Source of the DNA: a virus
Lineage: Duplodnaviria; Caudoviricetes
IMG/VR virus record: IMGVR_UViG_3300030376_008845
Span: 1 to 45,625 of that record
Direction: 5' to 3' (one strand)
Length of the DNA: 45,625 nucleotides
The notes below the pieces were generated by a model. It was not told the origin of the DNA. It saw only the letters and a list, made by a program, of their open reading frames with translations, and did no database searches. Positions 35,751 through 45,135 of this stretch are shown in pieces. A program made the translations under genes and the position numbers. Within the stretch, counting starts at the first letter, position 1; every line of letters begins with the position of its first letter.

Positions 35751-35918
35751 ATGACTAAACAAGAAATCTTCGAACAGATTGATACATTATATCAAACGTT
35801 CACAGCCGAGAATGCAGGAACAACAAAAGCATCTCAACAACGTGCTAGAAAAGCAATTGGTGAAATTAAAAAGCTAGTTACAGATTATCGTAAAGCTTCA
35901 GTTGCAGAAAGCAAATAA
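35751..35918 (+). CDS. Histone H1-like (Hc1 family) nucleoid protein (55 aa, not in ORF track)
   Basis: MTKQEIFEQIDTLYQTFTAENAGTTKASQQRARKAIGEIKKLVTDYRKASVAESK fits the KA...RARK...E..K....RK.S pattern. Confidence 0.75.
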   Translation: MTKQEIFEQIDTLYQTFTAENAGTTKASQQRARKAIGEIKKLVTDYRKASVAESK

Positions 35919-35922
35919 TTTA

Positions 35923-35953
35923 TTAGGGGAGCTTTGCTCCCCTAATTATTTTT
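35923..35953 (+). terminator. Rho-independent terminator
   Basis: TTAGGGGAGC-TTT-GCTCCCCTAA followed by TTATTTTT. Confidence 0.85.
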
Positions 35954-35963
35954 CGTATATTTA
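35933..35963 (+). promoter_or_regulatory. Promoter with -33 element inside the terminator loop
   Basis: TTTG(35933)-19 nt-TATATTTA(35956), context TTCGTATATTTAC. Confidence 0.72.
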
Positions 35964-35989
35964 CACAAATAAATTTAAACAGTTATATT

Positions 35990-36181
35990 ATGAACAATGC
36001 GGAAAAAATGTTAAAAATTAGAGATTTATTCAACCAAGCAGTAGATTTAGGTGATACTATAGATTTAGATCAATTTAAAAGTGAAGGTGGAGTTGGATAT
36101 AAAGATGCTACACTAATTACAGCTTTAAAACAAATTAAAATTCATGATGATACAAAGTGGCATGATAGATTTAAAAAATAA
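35990..36181 (+). CDS. Hypothetical protein
   Basis: 63 aa ORF after a promoter. Confidence 0.6.
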   Translation: MNNAEKMLKIRDLFNQAVDLGDTIDLDQFKSEGGVGYKDATLITALKQIKIHDDTKWHDRFKK

Positions 36182-36190
36182 ATTAAAAGT

Positions 36191-37111
36191 ATGATCAAAG
36201 AACACACTTTATTTACAGAACGTTTTCGACCAACTGATCCTAAAGATTATATTGGAAACGAAGTGTTTAAATCAAGCTTAGATCAATGGATTAAACAACA
36301 AGATATACCACATATTTTGTTACATGGTCCCGCAGGTACTGGAAAAACTACTGCTGCTAAATTAATTGTAGCTAATTTAGATTGTGATTCAATTTATATT
36401 AATTGTTCCGATGAAAATGGTATAGAGACAATTAGAGAAAAGGTAAAATCATTCGCATCTGCCGCGACATTCCGCGCTTTAAAGGTGGTTATAATGGATG
36501 AAGCTGATTTTTTAACGATCAACGCACAAGCAGCTTTACGCAACGTAATTGAAGCATTTTCTAAAACAACGCGTTTTGTATTTACTTGTAATTATGTTGA
36601 ACGTGTAATCGATCCTATACAATCTAGAACATCAGTATTTGAAGTATTACCTCCTTCTAAATCAGAAGTAGCAAAACGTTGTCAAGCAATATTACATGAA
36701 GAAGCATGCAATAATGCACCTGCAGATATTGTAGAGATTGTAAATAAAACATATCCTGATATTCGTAAAACATTAAATCTATTACAATCTTGTATTGTAT
36801 CAGAACCCGCGGGTACGTTTTTACAATTAAATAAAGAGATTGTTAATCAAAAACAATATACAGATCAAATTATTGATCTAATTAAATCTAATGATGATAA
36901 AACATTTAATCAAATACGACAATTAGTTGCTGATTCAAATATTAGAGATTATAATGAATTATATAGAGCCTTATTTGAAAACCTAGATTCATTCCATAAC
37001 CCAGTGTTAGGTACAATTATTATTGCCGAATCACAATATCAGTCTGTTATGGCTCCTGATAAAGAAATTACATTTATGGGATGTATCGCTAATCTATTAA
37101 AACCTTTTTAA
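36191..37111 (+). CDS. Clamp loader AAA+ subunit (RFC small subunit/gp44-like)
   Basis: ERFRP, GPAGTGKTT, NCSDENG, MDEAD, AQAALR, PIQSR, DIRK. Confidence 0.93.
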   Translation: MIKEHTLFTERFRPTDPKDYIGNEVFKSSLDQWIKQQDIPHILLHGPAGTGKTTAAKLIVANLDCDSIYINCSDENGIETIREKVKSFASAATFRALKVVIMDEADFLTINAQAALRNVIEAFSKTTRFVFTCNYVERVIDPIQSRTSVFEVLPPSKSEVAKRCQAILHEEACNNAPADIVEIVNKTYPDIRKTLNLLQSCIVSEPAGTFLQLNKEIVNQKQYTDQIIDLIKSNDDKTFNQIRQLVADSNIRDYNELYRALFENLDSFHNPVLGTIIIAESQYQSVMAPDKEITFMGCIANLLKPF

Positions 37112-37345
37112 ATGCAAAGACAAGAATTAAACATTGATATTAAAAAAACTACTCCTATTAAAACTCCAGATGATGGAGATATTTGGGGACAAGCAGTAGT
37201 ATTACGTAAAGTTTCAAAATTTGTTTCTGGTACTCCAGAAGATGCTTTAGTACCTATTCCTGTATTCTATGATTTAGATACTAAAAAAATATTAGCAGAA
37301 TCTTTACCTAAAGAACTTAGAGAAGAGTATAACCTTATAGATTAA
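37112..37345 (+). CDS. Hypothetical protein (paralogue 1)
   Basis: LRKVSK..GT.EDA..PIPVF.D..T.KIL...LPKELR. Confidence 0.7.
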   Translation: MQRQELNIDIKKTTPIKTPDDGDIWGQAVVLRKVSKFVSGTPEDALVPIPVFYDLDTKKILAESLPKELREEYNLID

Positions 37346-37366
37346 TTAACACTAAAAATAAACCTT

Positions 37367-37756
37367 ATGAATCAACAAAATCAACCACCCGTAGATGATA
37401 ATTTTGATTTTTCTCAAACTGAAGCTATTGAAACTTGGAGTGGAGATATAGTTTGGCAAAGTGGCTTCATTTTAAGAAAAGTTCCTAAAAATGTTACAGG
37501 TACTAATGAAGAAGCAGTTATTCCAATTCAAGTATTTTTTGATCCTAAAACTGGAAAGATATTAGATAATACTTTACCTAAAAGTTTAAGAGATACACTC
37601 AATGGAAATCCATCAACTCCATCAAATATTCATTTTAACCAATCTGAAAATGTAACTAATCCAAACGAACCACAACCTTTCCAATGGAACCCAACACCAG
37701 AAAATCAACCAGAACAAACTCCTAGTACAGAAACAGGAGGTATTGTTTGGAAATAA
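37367..37756 (+). CDS. Hypothetical protein (paralogue 2) with Pro/Gln/Asn-rich tail
   Basis: LRKVPK..GT.EEA..PIQVF.D..TGKIL...LPKSLR. Confidence 0.7.
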   Translation: MNQQNQPPVDDNFDFSQTEAIETWSGDIVWQSGFILRKVPKNVTGTNEEAVIPIQVFFDPKTGKILDNTLPKSLRDTLNGNPSTPSNIHFNQSENVTNPNEPQPFQWNPTPENQPEQTPSTETGGIVWK

Positions 37757-37761
37757 TTTTT

Positions 37762-38169
37762 ATGACTATATTTGATTGGCTTAATGAAATCAGTTATAAT
37801 AAAACACCCTGGTCTTCATTTACAGAAAAAGACCAGGAATCTTTTAATCGTTACATGATAAATCGTTTTATATCGATGAAAAGTGATTATATTGATATAG
37901 TTAATCTAGTTCAAAAGTATCCTTTATCGGATAAGAATTTATACAATTTTTATTGTAAAACAATACCAAAAAAGAAAACATTCTTTAGATATATTAAACC
38001 TAAAAAAGATAAAATGAATGATTTATTAGTTTCAATATTAGCACAAGACTTTAATATTAGTAAACGTGAAATAAAAGATAATCAACACTTACTAGGAAAA
38101 TCTATATTTAGAAATGTACTTCAACAAAGAGGTATAGACGAAAAACAAATTAAAAAACTTTTAAAATGA
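37762..38169 (+). CDS. Clamp loader small subunit (gp62-like)
   Basis: Start ATG 37762; IFDWLNEI...FNRYMINRFIS...FFRYIK; downstream of the gp44-like gene. Confidence 0.7.
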   Translation: MTIFDWLNEISYNKTPWSSFTEKDQESFNRYMINRFISMKSDYIDIVNLVQKYPLSDKNLYNFYCKTIPKKKTFFRYIKPKKDKMNDLLVSILAQDFNISKREIKDNQHLLGKSIFRNVLQQRGIDEKQIKKLLK

Positions 38170-38393
38170 AAGTAGAATTATATAAAATGTTAAAAACTGA
38201 AGCTGAAGCAGAAAAATCTAAAGCTTTATTAACTCTTAATCTATTAAGTGAACACCCAGCAGGAATTGGAGATCATAGTACTAAAGATTTTTATGAGAAT
38301 GCAACTGAAGCACTAACAACGTTAGTTGATGCAGATGATAAATTAACAGCCTTAGACAAATATTTCAAACCTCAGGATAATTTATTAGGATAG
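38166..38393 (+). CDS. Hypothetical phage protein
   Basis: HPAGIGDHS motif; helical. Confidence 0.65.
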   Translation: MKVELYKMLKTEAEAEKSKALLTLNLLSEHPAGIGDHSTKDFYENATEALTTLVDADDKLTALDKYFKPQDNLLG

Positions 38394-38965
38394 TGGAAAT
38401 TATAAAAGATAGACATATAAGTATTTATAAAAATGTTTTTTCTAAAGAATGGTGTGAACATATAATAAACCTTTACGAACATTCCCCAGAAAAATATTCT
38501 AGACAAGATGCAGAAGGAGTTGCTTCTCTTTGGAAAGATGATGTACATGTTCCTGAATCAAGATTCCCTAAAGAAATAGTAAATTCATTTGGAGAATATA
38601 TGTTTACTAATATTATTCCTCATTATAATAAGAGCTATACTGTAGTAGGACCAGGTGAAGAAAGAGAACTTTTAAAAATTATAGATTTTAAGGTCCAAAA
38701 AACATTACCTAGTCAAGGATATCATGTATGGCATTATGAAAATGGAAATGTAGAATATGCTCATAGAGTATTAACATGGACTGTTTATTTAAATGATATT
38801 AAAGAAGGAGGAGAAACAGAATTTTTACATCAAAGTAAAAGAGTAACACCTGAACAAGGATCAGTAGTCATATTCCCAGCTGCTTTTACCCATATTCATA
38901 GAGGGAACCCACCACTATCTGGGGAAAAATATATTATCACCGGATGGATAGGAATTACTAAATAA
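38393..38965 (+). CDS. 2OG-Fe(II) oxygenase (cyanophage-type P4H-like)
   Basis: GYHVWHYE, YLNDIKEGGETEFL, FPAAFTHIHRGNPP..GEKYIITGW. Confidence 0.9.
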   Translation: MEIIKDRHISIYKNVFSKEWCEHIINLYEHSPEKYSRQDAEGVASLWKDDVHVPESRFPKEIVNSFGEYMFTNIIPHYNKSYTVVGPGEERELLKIIDFKVQKTLPSQGYHVWHYENGNVEYAHRVLTWTVYLNDIKEGGETEFLHQSKRVTPEQGSVVIFPAAFTHIHRGNPPLSGEKYIITGWIGITK

Positions 38966-39259
38966 ATGAGCGATTCAATAAAAAAATATTTTGAACAAAC
39001 TTCAACAACTAATATTAAAGCAATGTACCCGGGAGATATAGAAGTTACAATAGACAATCCCAAAAAAGATAGTTACGTACAAATAGTTAAAGCTAAATTT
39101 GAAGCACGTTCTCAAACTGGTATTAAAAAATATAACACTACATTAGAACGTGAAGATTTAAATTTGCAAGAATGGCTTAACCATTTACAAGAAGAGTTAA
39201 TGGATGCTACATTGTATGTTGAAAGATTAAAAGCAGAAGTTGGAGATAAATTACGCTAA
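38966..39259 (+). CDS. Hypothetical protein, possibly all-alpha NTP-PPase-like
   Basis: RS..GIKKY.TTL.R.DL...WL.HLQEELMDA.LY; family assignment is inference. Confidence 0.6.
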   Translation: MSDSIKKYFEQTSTTNIKAMYPGDIEVTIDNPKKDSYVQIVKAKFEARSQTGIKKYNTTLEREDLNLQEWLNHLQEELMDATLYVERLKAEVGDKLR

Positions 39260-40178
39260 GGATAAGGTTGTATCATTCTCGCAATATTCCACTTTTAAGT
39301 CTTGTCCTCATAAGTGGTATTTGCAGTATGTAAAGGGTTACAGAGACGTTAAGCCAAATATGCATTTCGTTTTTGGAACTGCTATGCATGAGGCATTACA
39401 ACACTATTTGCAAACCATGTTTGACCAATCAGCTAAAATTGCTGATGAAATGGATTTAAATAGGTTCTTCAAAGATAAAATGATTGAAGAATATAATAAA
39501 TACAAGAAAAAACATGGTCATTTTACTACACCAGAAGAATTACAAGAATTTTATTTAGATGGTGAGGGTATCTTGGATTGGTTTAAAAAACATAAACGTG
39601 GCAGAAAAAATTATTTTTCAAAACGTAAACATGAACTAAAAGGTATAGAAGTACCTTTAATATTGCAACCAATTAAAGAACGTCCTAATATTAAATATAT
39701 GGGTTATGTAGATTTAATTATCTATAATAAAATGTCTGAAAGTTATACTATATTTGATATTAAGACATCTACTAAAGGATGGTCAAAATGGGAAAAAGGT
39801 GATGAAACAAAACATCAACAACTTTACTTATATAAACAATACTATTCAGAATTATTTAAAGTACCTTTAGATAAAATAAATGTAGAGTTTTATATTGTAA
39901 AACGTAAAGTATTATCATTTGATGATGAAAATATTAAATCACCTCATCAAGCCTATCGTGTCCAGAATTTCAAACCAACTGATAATAGGTTAAGGTTAAA
40001 AAGGGCTAAAGAAGATTTTACTGGTTTTATTCGTGAATGTTATACCGCAGAAGGCAACCCCGTAGATAAAGAATTTGAAAAGAAAGTTGATAAACCTTGT
40101 GATTGGTGTGAATTTGGGAAAGATAGAGAGTTATGTGGAGCTGCACTAGCTCCTGAAGAAAAATTCTTTAGTTTTTAG
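39240..40178 (+). CDS. PD-(D/E)XK nuclease, Cas4/AddB-like
   Basis: SFSQ...CP..WY, GTAMHE, GYVDL, DIKT, QLYLY, CDWC...C. Confidence 0.88.
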   Translation: MEINYAKDKVVSFSQYSTFKSCPHKWYLQYVKGYRDVKPNMHFVFGTAMHEALQHYLQTMFDQSAKIADEMDLNRFFKDKMIEEYNKYKKKHGHFTTPEELQEFYLDGEGILDWFKKHKRGRKNYFSKRKHELKGIEVPLILQPIKERPNIKYMGYVDLIIYNKMSESYTIFDIKTSTKGWSKWEKGDETKHQQLYLYKQYYSELFKVPLDKINVEFYIVKRKVLSFDDENIKSPHQAYRVQNFKPTDNRLRLKRAKEDFTGFIRECYTAEGNPVDKEFEKKVDKPCDWCEFGKDRELCGAALAPEEKFFSF

Positions 40179-40215
40179 ACTACATATATTTATATATAAC
40201 ATAAAGTTATAAAAC

Positions 40216-40407
40216 ATGCAAAAAGATAAGTTACAATTAACAAGTGTAAAAGTACATAGACACTTGTTTGATGAATTCAAAGTAGAATGTGTTCGCACAA
40301 AATTTTCATTACAAAAACTTGCAGACCGAGCTCTTTATTTGTATCTTACAGATGAAGAATTTAAGAAACAAGTACACAATCAAACAACATTAAATTTAGA
40401 CAAATAG
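40216..40407 (+). CDS. Ribbon-helix-helix-like DNA-binding protein
   Basis: LTSVKV strand followed by two helices; 63 aa. Confidence 0.6.
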   Translation: MQKDKLQLTSVKVHRHLFDEFKVECVRTKFSLQKLADRALYLYLTDEEFKKQVHNQTTLNLDK

Positions 40408-40411
40408 TTTT

Positions 40412-41848
40412 ATGAAAGAAGGTTATTTACCTAAGGAGCAACGTAAAAAAATATTGCTTCTATGCGATGATATTAGAATGCACTCAGGAGTAGCAACAAT
40501 GGCACGTGAATTTGTATTAGGAACTTGCCATAGATATAATTGGATTAATGCTGGGGCTGCTATTAACCATCCTGAAGTAGGAAAGCGTATTGATTTAAGT
40601 CAAGATACTGGTAATAGAGCTGGTGTTGAAGATGCTTCTGTGTTTTTATATCCACAAAATGGGTATGGTGATGCAATGATAATTCGTAAGTTTTTAAAAG
40701 AAGAAAAGCCTGATGCCATTTTTATATTTACAGACCCTAGATATTGGGAATGGTTATTTCAAATTGAAAATGAAATTAGAGCTAAATGCCCATTAATTTA
40801 CCTTAACATTTGGGATGATTTACCAGCTCCAATGTATAACGAATCGTACTATGAATCATGCGATGCACTATTAGGTATTTCAAAACAAACTACTAATATT
40901 AATAAAATTGTATTAGGAGATAAAGGTAAAGATAAAGTTATAGAATATGTTCCTCATGGTATTAATGAAAATCATTTTTTTCCAATTACTGAAGGACATG
41001 ATCAATGGGATAATTTACAAAAAGCTAAAAAACAATTATTTGGCGATAAAGAATACAAACATGTATTTTTCTTTAACTCAAGAAATATTAGAAGAAAAAT
41101 GCCTTCTGATTTAATAGCAGCTTATAAAATATTTAAAGAAGGTTTACCTGAAGAAGAAAGAGAGGATGTTTGTTTAGTATTACATACTGCACCCGTAGAT
41201 AATAATGGTACAGATTTATTAGCTGTAAAACATTTAATGTTAGGTGAAGATGATAGTGTAAGATTTTCTACTGCTAAGTTAGCTACTGAAGGTATGAATT
41301 ATCTTTATAATTTAGCTGATGTAACTGTGTTACCATCTTCAAATGAAGGATGGGGGTTATCATTAACTGAATCTATGATGTCAGGTACAATGATAATTGC
41401 TAATGTTACAGGTGGAATGCAAGATCAAATGCGTTTTGAAGATGAAAATGGTAACTGGATTGATTTTGATGAGAATTTCTGCTCTAATCACTTTGGTACT
41501 TATAAAAAACATGGCAAATGGGCTATACCAGTATTTCCTTCTAATTCAGCTTTAGTTGGTTCCCCTAAAACTCCTTATATATTCGATGATAGATTAGATT
41601 TTAGAGATTTAGCTAAAGCATTACAACAGTCTTATGAAATGTCTAAAGAAGAAATTAAAGAAAGAGGATTAGCAGGGCGTGAATGGGTTACATCAGATGA
41701 ATCAATGCAATCTGCAAGATGTATGAATGAAAATGTTATTAAATACGTTGATCAAACACTTAATACATTTAAACCACGCAAGAAATTTAGCTTTCAAAAA
41801 GTAGATAAATTACCAATTAAACAGTTACGACATAAATTAGTATATTAG
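40412..41848 (+). CDS. Glycosyltransferase, GT-B (GT4-like)
   Basis: HSGVA, VPHGI, RNIRRK, EGWGLSLTE (E-x7-E). Confidence 0.88.
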   Translation: MKEGYLPKEQRKKILLLCDDIRMHSGVATMAREFVLGTCHRYNWINAGAAINHPEVGKRIDLSQDTGNRAGVEDASVFLYPQNGYGDAMIIRKFLKEEKPDAIFIFTDPRYWEWLFQIENEIRAKCPLIYLNIWDDLPAPMYNESYYESCDALLGISKQTTNINKIVLGDKGKDKVIEYVPHGINENHFFPITEGHDQWDNLQKAKKQLFGDKEYKHVFFFNSRNIRRKMPSDLIAAYKIFKEGLPEEEREDVCLVLHTAPVDNNGTDLLAVKHLMLGEDDSVRFSTAKLATEGMNYLYNLADVTVLPSSNEGWGLSLTESMMSGTMIIANVTGGMQDQMRFEDENGNWIDFDENFCSNHFGTYKKHGKWAIPVFPSNSALVGSPKTPYIFDDRLDFRDLAKALQQSYEMSKEEIKERGLAGREWVTSDESMQSARCMNENVIKYVDQTLNTFKPRKKFSFQKVDKLPIKQLRHKLVY

Positions 41849-41850
41849 TT

Positions 41851-43146
41851 ATGAGCAAACCCTTTGTAGTAGTAAGTTGCCCTATAGATACATTTTCAGG
41901 ATATGGAGCACGTTCAAGAGACGTAGTTAAAGCGTTAATTAATTCAGAAAAATATGATGTTAAAATCCTATCACAAAGATGGGGTAATACACCATATGGC
42001 TTTTTAAAAGAAGATAATGCAGATGAAAAAAAGATGCTTGATGCTATCATCCCTGCACCTTTACAACGCCAACCTGATGTTTGGATTCAAATCTCAGTAC
42101 CAGATGAATTCCAAAAAATTGGTAAATTTAATATTGGTATAACAGCTGGAATTGAAACTGATTTATGTGATGTAAGATTTATTCAAGGTTGTAATAATAT
42201 GGATTTAATTTTAGGTTCATCAAATCATAGTTTACTTGCACTTAAAAATAGTAAATACGAACAAAAGAATAAAGCAGGTCAAAAAGTAGGTCTTATTGAA
42301 TTAACTACCCCAACTGATGTTTTATTTGAGGGAGTTGATTTAGAAAAATATTTTCATATTGAACCTAAAGATTTACCTAAAACTGAATTAGTAGAATCAT
42401 TAGATACAATTGATGAACAATTTTGTTTCTTATATGTTGGGCATTGGTTAAGAGGAGCAATTGGTGAGGATAGAAAAAATACTGGCTTAATGCTTAAAAC
42501 GTTTCTTGAAACGTTTAAAAATAAAAAGAATCCACCTGCATTAATTATGAAAACAATGACAGGTCCTGCTTCAATTATGGATCGTGAAGAAGTATTTAGA
42601 AAAATAGCTGAAGTAAGAAAAGGTGTTGGAGGTAAACTACCTAACACTTATCTAATCCATGGTGATATAGACGATTCAGATATGAATAATTTATATAACC
42701 ACCCTAAAGTTAAAGCTATGATTAATTTAACTAAAGGAGAAGGGTTTGGACGTCCTTTACTTGAATTTACCCAAAGTAAAAAACCAATAATTGCTTCAAA
42801 CTGGAGTGGACATTTAGATTTTTTAAATAAGGATTTTGCTAGTTTAGTTCCTGGTGAAGTAAAAAAAGTCCATGAATCAGTAGTTCAAGATAGATTAATA
42901 CTTAAAGAATCTAAATGGTTCCAATTTGAAATTGGGTTTGCCCAATTGTTAATGAAAGATTATATTAACAGTTATAAGGGATATAAAGAAAAAGGAAAAC
43001 GTTTAGCGTATTATTGTAAAACAAATTTTTCATTTGAAAAAATGCAAGAAAAATTAGAAGCAATAATGGATAAAAATGCTCCTAAAAAGGTAGAAATTAA
43101 ACTACCAAATATTAAGAAAATTTCATTACCTAAGAAAAATGACTAA
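41851..43146 (+). CDS. Glycosyltransferase, GT-B (GT4-like)
   Basis: SGYG, DRKN, EGFGRPLLE (E-x7-E), WSGHLDF. Confidence 0.88.
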   Translation: MSKPFVVVSCPIDTFSGYGARSRDVVKALINSEKYDVKILSQRWGNTPYGFLKEDNADEKKMLDAIIPAPLQRQPDVWIQISVPDEFQKIGKFNIGITAGIETDLCDVRFIQGCNNMDLILGSSNHSLLALKNSKYEQKNKAGQKVGLIELTTPTDVLFEGVDLEKYFHIEPKDLPKTELVESLDTIDEQFCFLYVGHWLRGAIGEDRKNTGLMLKTFLETFKNKKNPPALIMKTMTGPASIMDREEVFRKIAEVRKGVGGKLPNTYLIHGDIDDSDMNNLYNHPKVKAMINLTKGEGFGRPLLEFTQSKKPIIASNWSGHLDFLNKDFASLVPGEVKKVHESVVQDRLILKESKWFQFEIGFAQLLMKDYINSYKGYKEKGKRLAYYCKTNFSFEKMQEKLEAIMDKNAPKKVEIKLPNIKKISLPKKND

Positions 43147-43597
43147 AGATAATCTAGAAAACTGTCCTAAATGTGGTGGAGACGCATGCTACACTACTAA
43201 ACTAAACGCTTCAGCTAAAAACTATTTTTGTTTTGGGTGTGGTTTTACTTCTAATGACTTAATGGTTATTGGTGAATTTGATTTTGATTCATATGAAGAA
43301 ACATTACCTGAACTTTATAAAGACATTAAGGTAGATGATGGTACACAACGTATGTGGTATCCTATTACAATTAATATAGAAGATAAAGGTACTGTATTTG
43401 CTAAAGGTACTAGTTATACAGACTGGAGTTGGGCTGGAATTAAAGTAAAAGAAGTGTCAAAAGAAGAACAAGAAAAATTTAAAGTTCCAGGTACGGATAA
43501 AATATACAAATATAAAACCGATATGACTACTTTAAAAGAGTTTAAACAATGGGATTTTATGGATGCACTTGAATATATTGGATTTTTTCACAATTAA
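43139..43597 (+). CDS. Zn-ribbon protein
   Basis: CPKC...CFGC. Confidence 0.65.
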   Translation: MTKDNLENCPKCGGDACYTTKLNASAKNYFCFGCGFTSNDLMVIGEFDFDSYEETLPELYKDIKVDDGTQRMWYPITINIEDKGTVFAKGTSYTDWSWAGIKVKEVSKEEQEKFKVPGTDKIYKYKTDMTTLKEFKQWDFMDALEYIGFFHN

Positions 43598-43600
43598 GAT

Positions 43601-44236
43601 ATGGGAATAAGTTTTGCAATTACAGCTTATAATGAGCATGAAGAATTAAAACAATTACTAAATCAATTAGTACAAATTGTTAAACCTAGTGATGAAATTG
43701 TTATACAATTAGATAATAAAGCGACCGAAGAAGTAATTAAAGTTACTGATGAATTTTTCGAAAAACATTCGGATAAAATTACTATTAAAAAGACATTCTT
43801 TGGTTTAGATAATCACTTTGCTAACTTTAAAAATAATTTAAAGTCACATTGTGCTAAAGACTGGATATTTCAAATTGATGCTGATGAAACATTAAGTGAA
43901 ACATTTTGTACAATTATACATCAGGTATTAGAAGCTAATGAAGAAATTGATTTAATAGCTGTACCTCGTGTTAATATTGTTAAAGGTTTAGAACAAAATG
44001 ATATTATTCAATGGCATTGGAGAGTAAATAACCAAGGTTGGGTAAATTGGCCCGATAATCAACATAGAATATTTAGAAATAAGCCTGAAATAGGGTGGGT
44101 GAACAAAGTACATGAAAAAATAGTTGGATGGAAAACATACGCTGAATTACCATCTGAAGATGATTCATATGCTTTATACCATATAAAAGATATAGATAGA
44201 CAAAGAGCACAAAACGAATTTTATTCACAGTTATGA
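43601..44236 (+). CDS. Glycosyltransferase family 2
   Basis: AITAYNE, WIFQIDADE, RIFR, VHE. Confidence 0.88.
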   Translation: MGISFAITAYNEHEELKQLLNQLVQIVKPSDEIVIQLDNKATEEVIKVTDEFFEKHSDKITIKKTFFGLDNHFANFKNNLKSHCAKDWIFQIDADETLSETFCTIIHQVLEANEEIDLIAVPRVNIVKGLEQNDIIQWHWRVNNQGWVNWPDNQHRIFRNKPEIGWVNKVHEKIVGWKTYAELPSEDDSYALYHIKDIDRQRAQNEFYSQL

Positions 44237-45135
44237 AAACATTAATTACGGGAGGTTATGGAATGGTAGGTTCTGCTATGGAATCTCAAATTAAATTATC
44301 ACGAGAAACTTGTGATTTAACAAAACCTAAACAAACAGAATCGTTATTTAGAACAATTAAACCAGATGGTGTAATACATTGTGCTGGTAAAGTTGGAGGT
44401 ATTGGAGGTAATTCAAATTATAAAGGCGAATACTTTTATGATAATTTAATGATTAATACTAACGTAATTGAGGCATCACGTAAAGCGGGTGTAAAAAACT
44501 TAGTAGCATTTTTATCTACTTGTGTATTCCCAGATAATGTAAAATATCCACTTACAGTAGATCAGGTACATTTAGGTGAACCACATGAATCAAATTATCC
44601 ATATGCCTATGCTAAACGAATGGCTGATGTACAAATCAGAGCATATCGTGAGCAATATAGTATAAATTATACATCAATTATTCCATCTAACATTTATGGA
44701 CCTAATGATAATTTTAATTTAGATCATGGTCATGTAATGCCTATGTTAATTCATAAATTATATTTAGCCAAGAAAAATAAAACTGATTTTACTGTATGGG
44801 GTAGTGGGAAACCATTAAGAGAATTTATATATTCAAAGGATATAGCTAAAATAGCGGAATGGGCTTTATACAATTATGAAGGTACAGATCCATTAATTGT
44901 AAGTGGTGATGAAGAAGTATCAATTAAGGATTTAGTTGGTATGTTAGTTGATGAATTTAAATTTAAAGGTAAAGTTATATTTGATAAAACTAAACCAGAT
45001 GGACAACATAGAAAACCATCTGATAATTCATTAATAAAAGAATTACTACCTGATTTTGAATATACCCCATTCGAACAAGGAATAAAAGAAACAGTTAATT
45101 GGTTTAAAGAAAATTATGACGAAGCAAGGAAATAA
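44233..45135 (+). CDS. fcl: GDP-L-fucose synthase
   Basis: [50 protein letters not shown]. Confidence 0.93.
   Translation: MKTLITGGYGMVGSAMESQIKLSRETCDLTKPKQTESLFRTIKPDGVIHCAGKVGGIGGNSNYKGEYFYDNLMINTNVIEASRKAGVKNLVAFLSTCVFPDNVKYPLTVDQVHLGEPHESNYPYAYAKRMADVQIRAYREQYSINYTSIIPSNIYGPNDNFNLDHGHVMPMLIHKLYLAKKNKTDFTVWGSGKPLREFIYSKDIAKIAEWALYNYEGTDPLIVSGDEEVSIKDLVGMLVDEFKFKGKVIFDKTKPDGQHRKPSDNSLIKELLPDFEYTPFEQGIKETVNWFKENYDEARK

Noticed and set aside
39240-40178. CRISPR-Cas system
   Set aside because: The Cas4-like nuclease is solitary; no repeat-spacer array or other cas genes were seen.
50-42647. Minus-strand and alternate-frame ORFs in the track (e.g. 50..262, 3875..4108, 9735..10007, 16641..17058, 21880..22212, 22507..22881, 29341..29673, 42354..42647)
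   Set aside because: They lie within well-supported genes, lack motifs and look like shadow ORFs.
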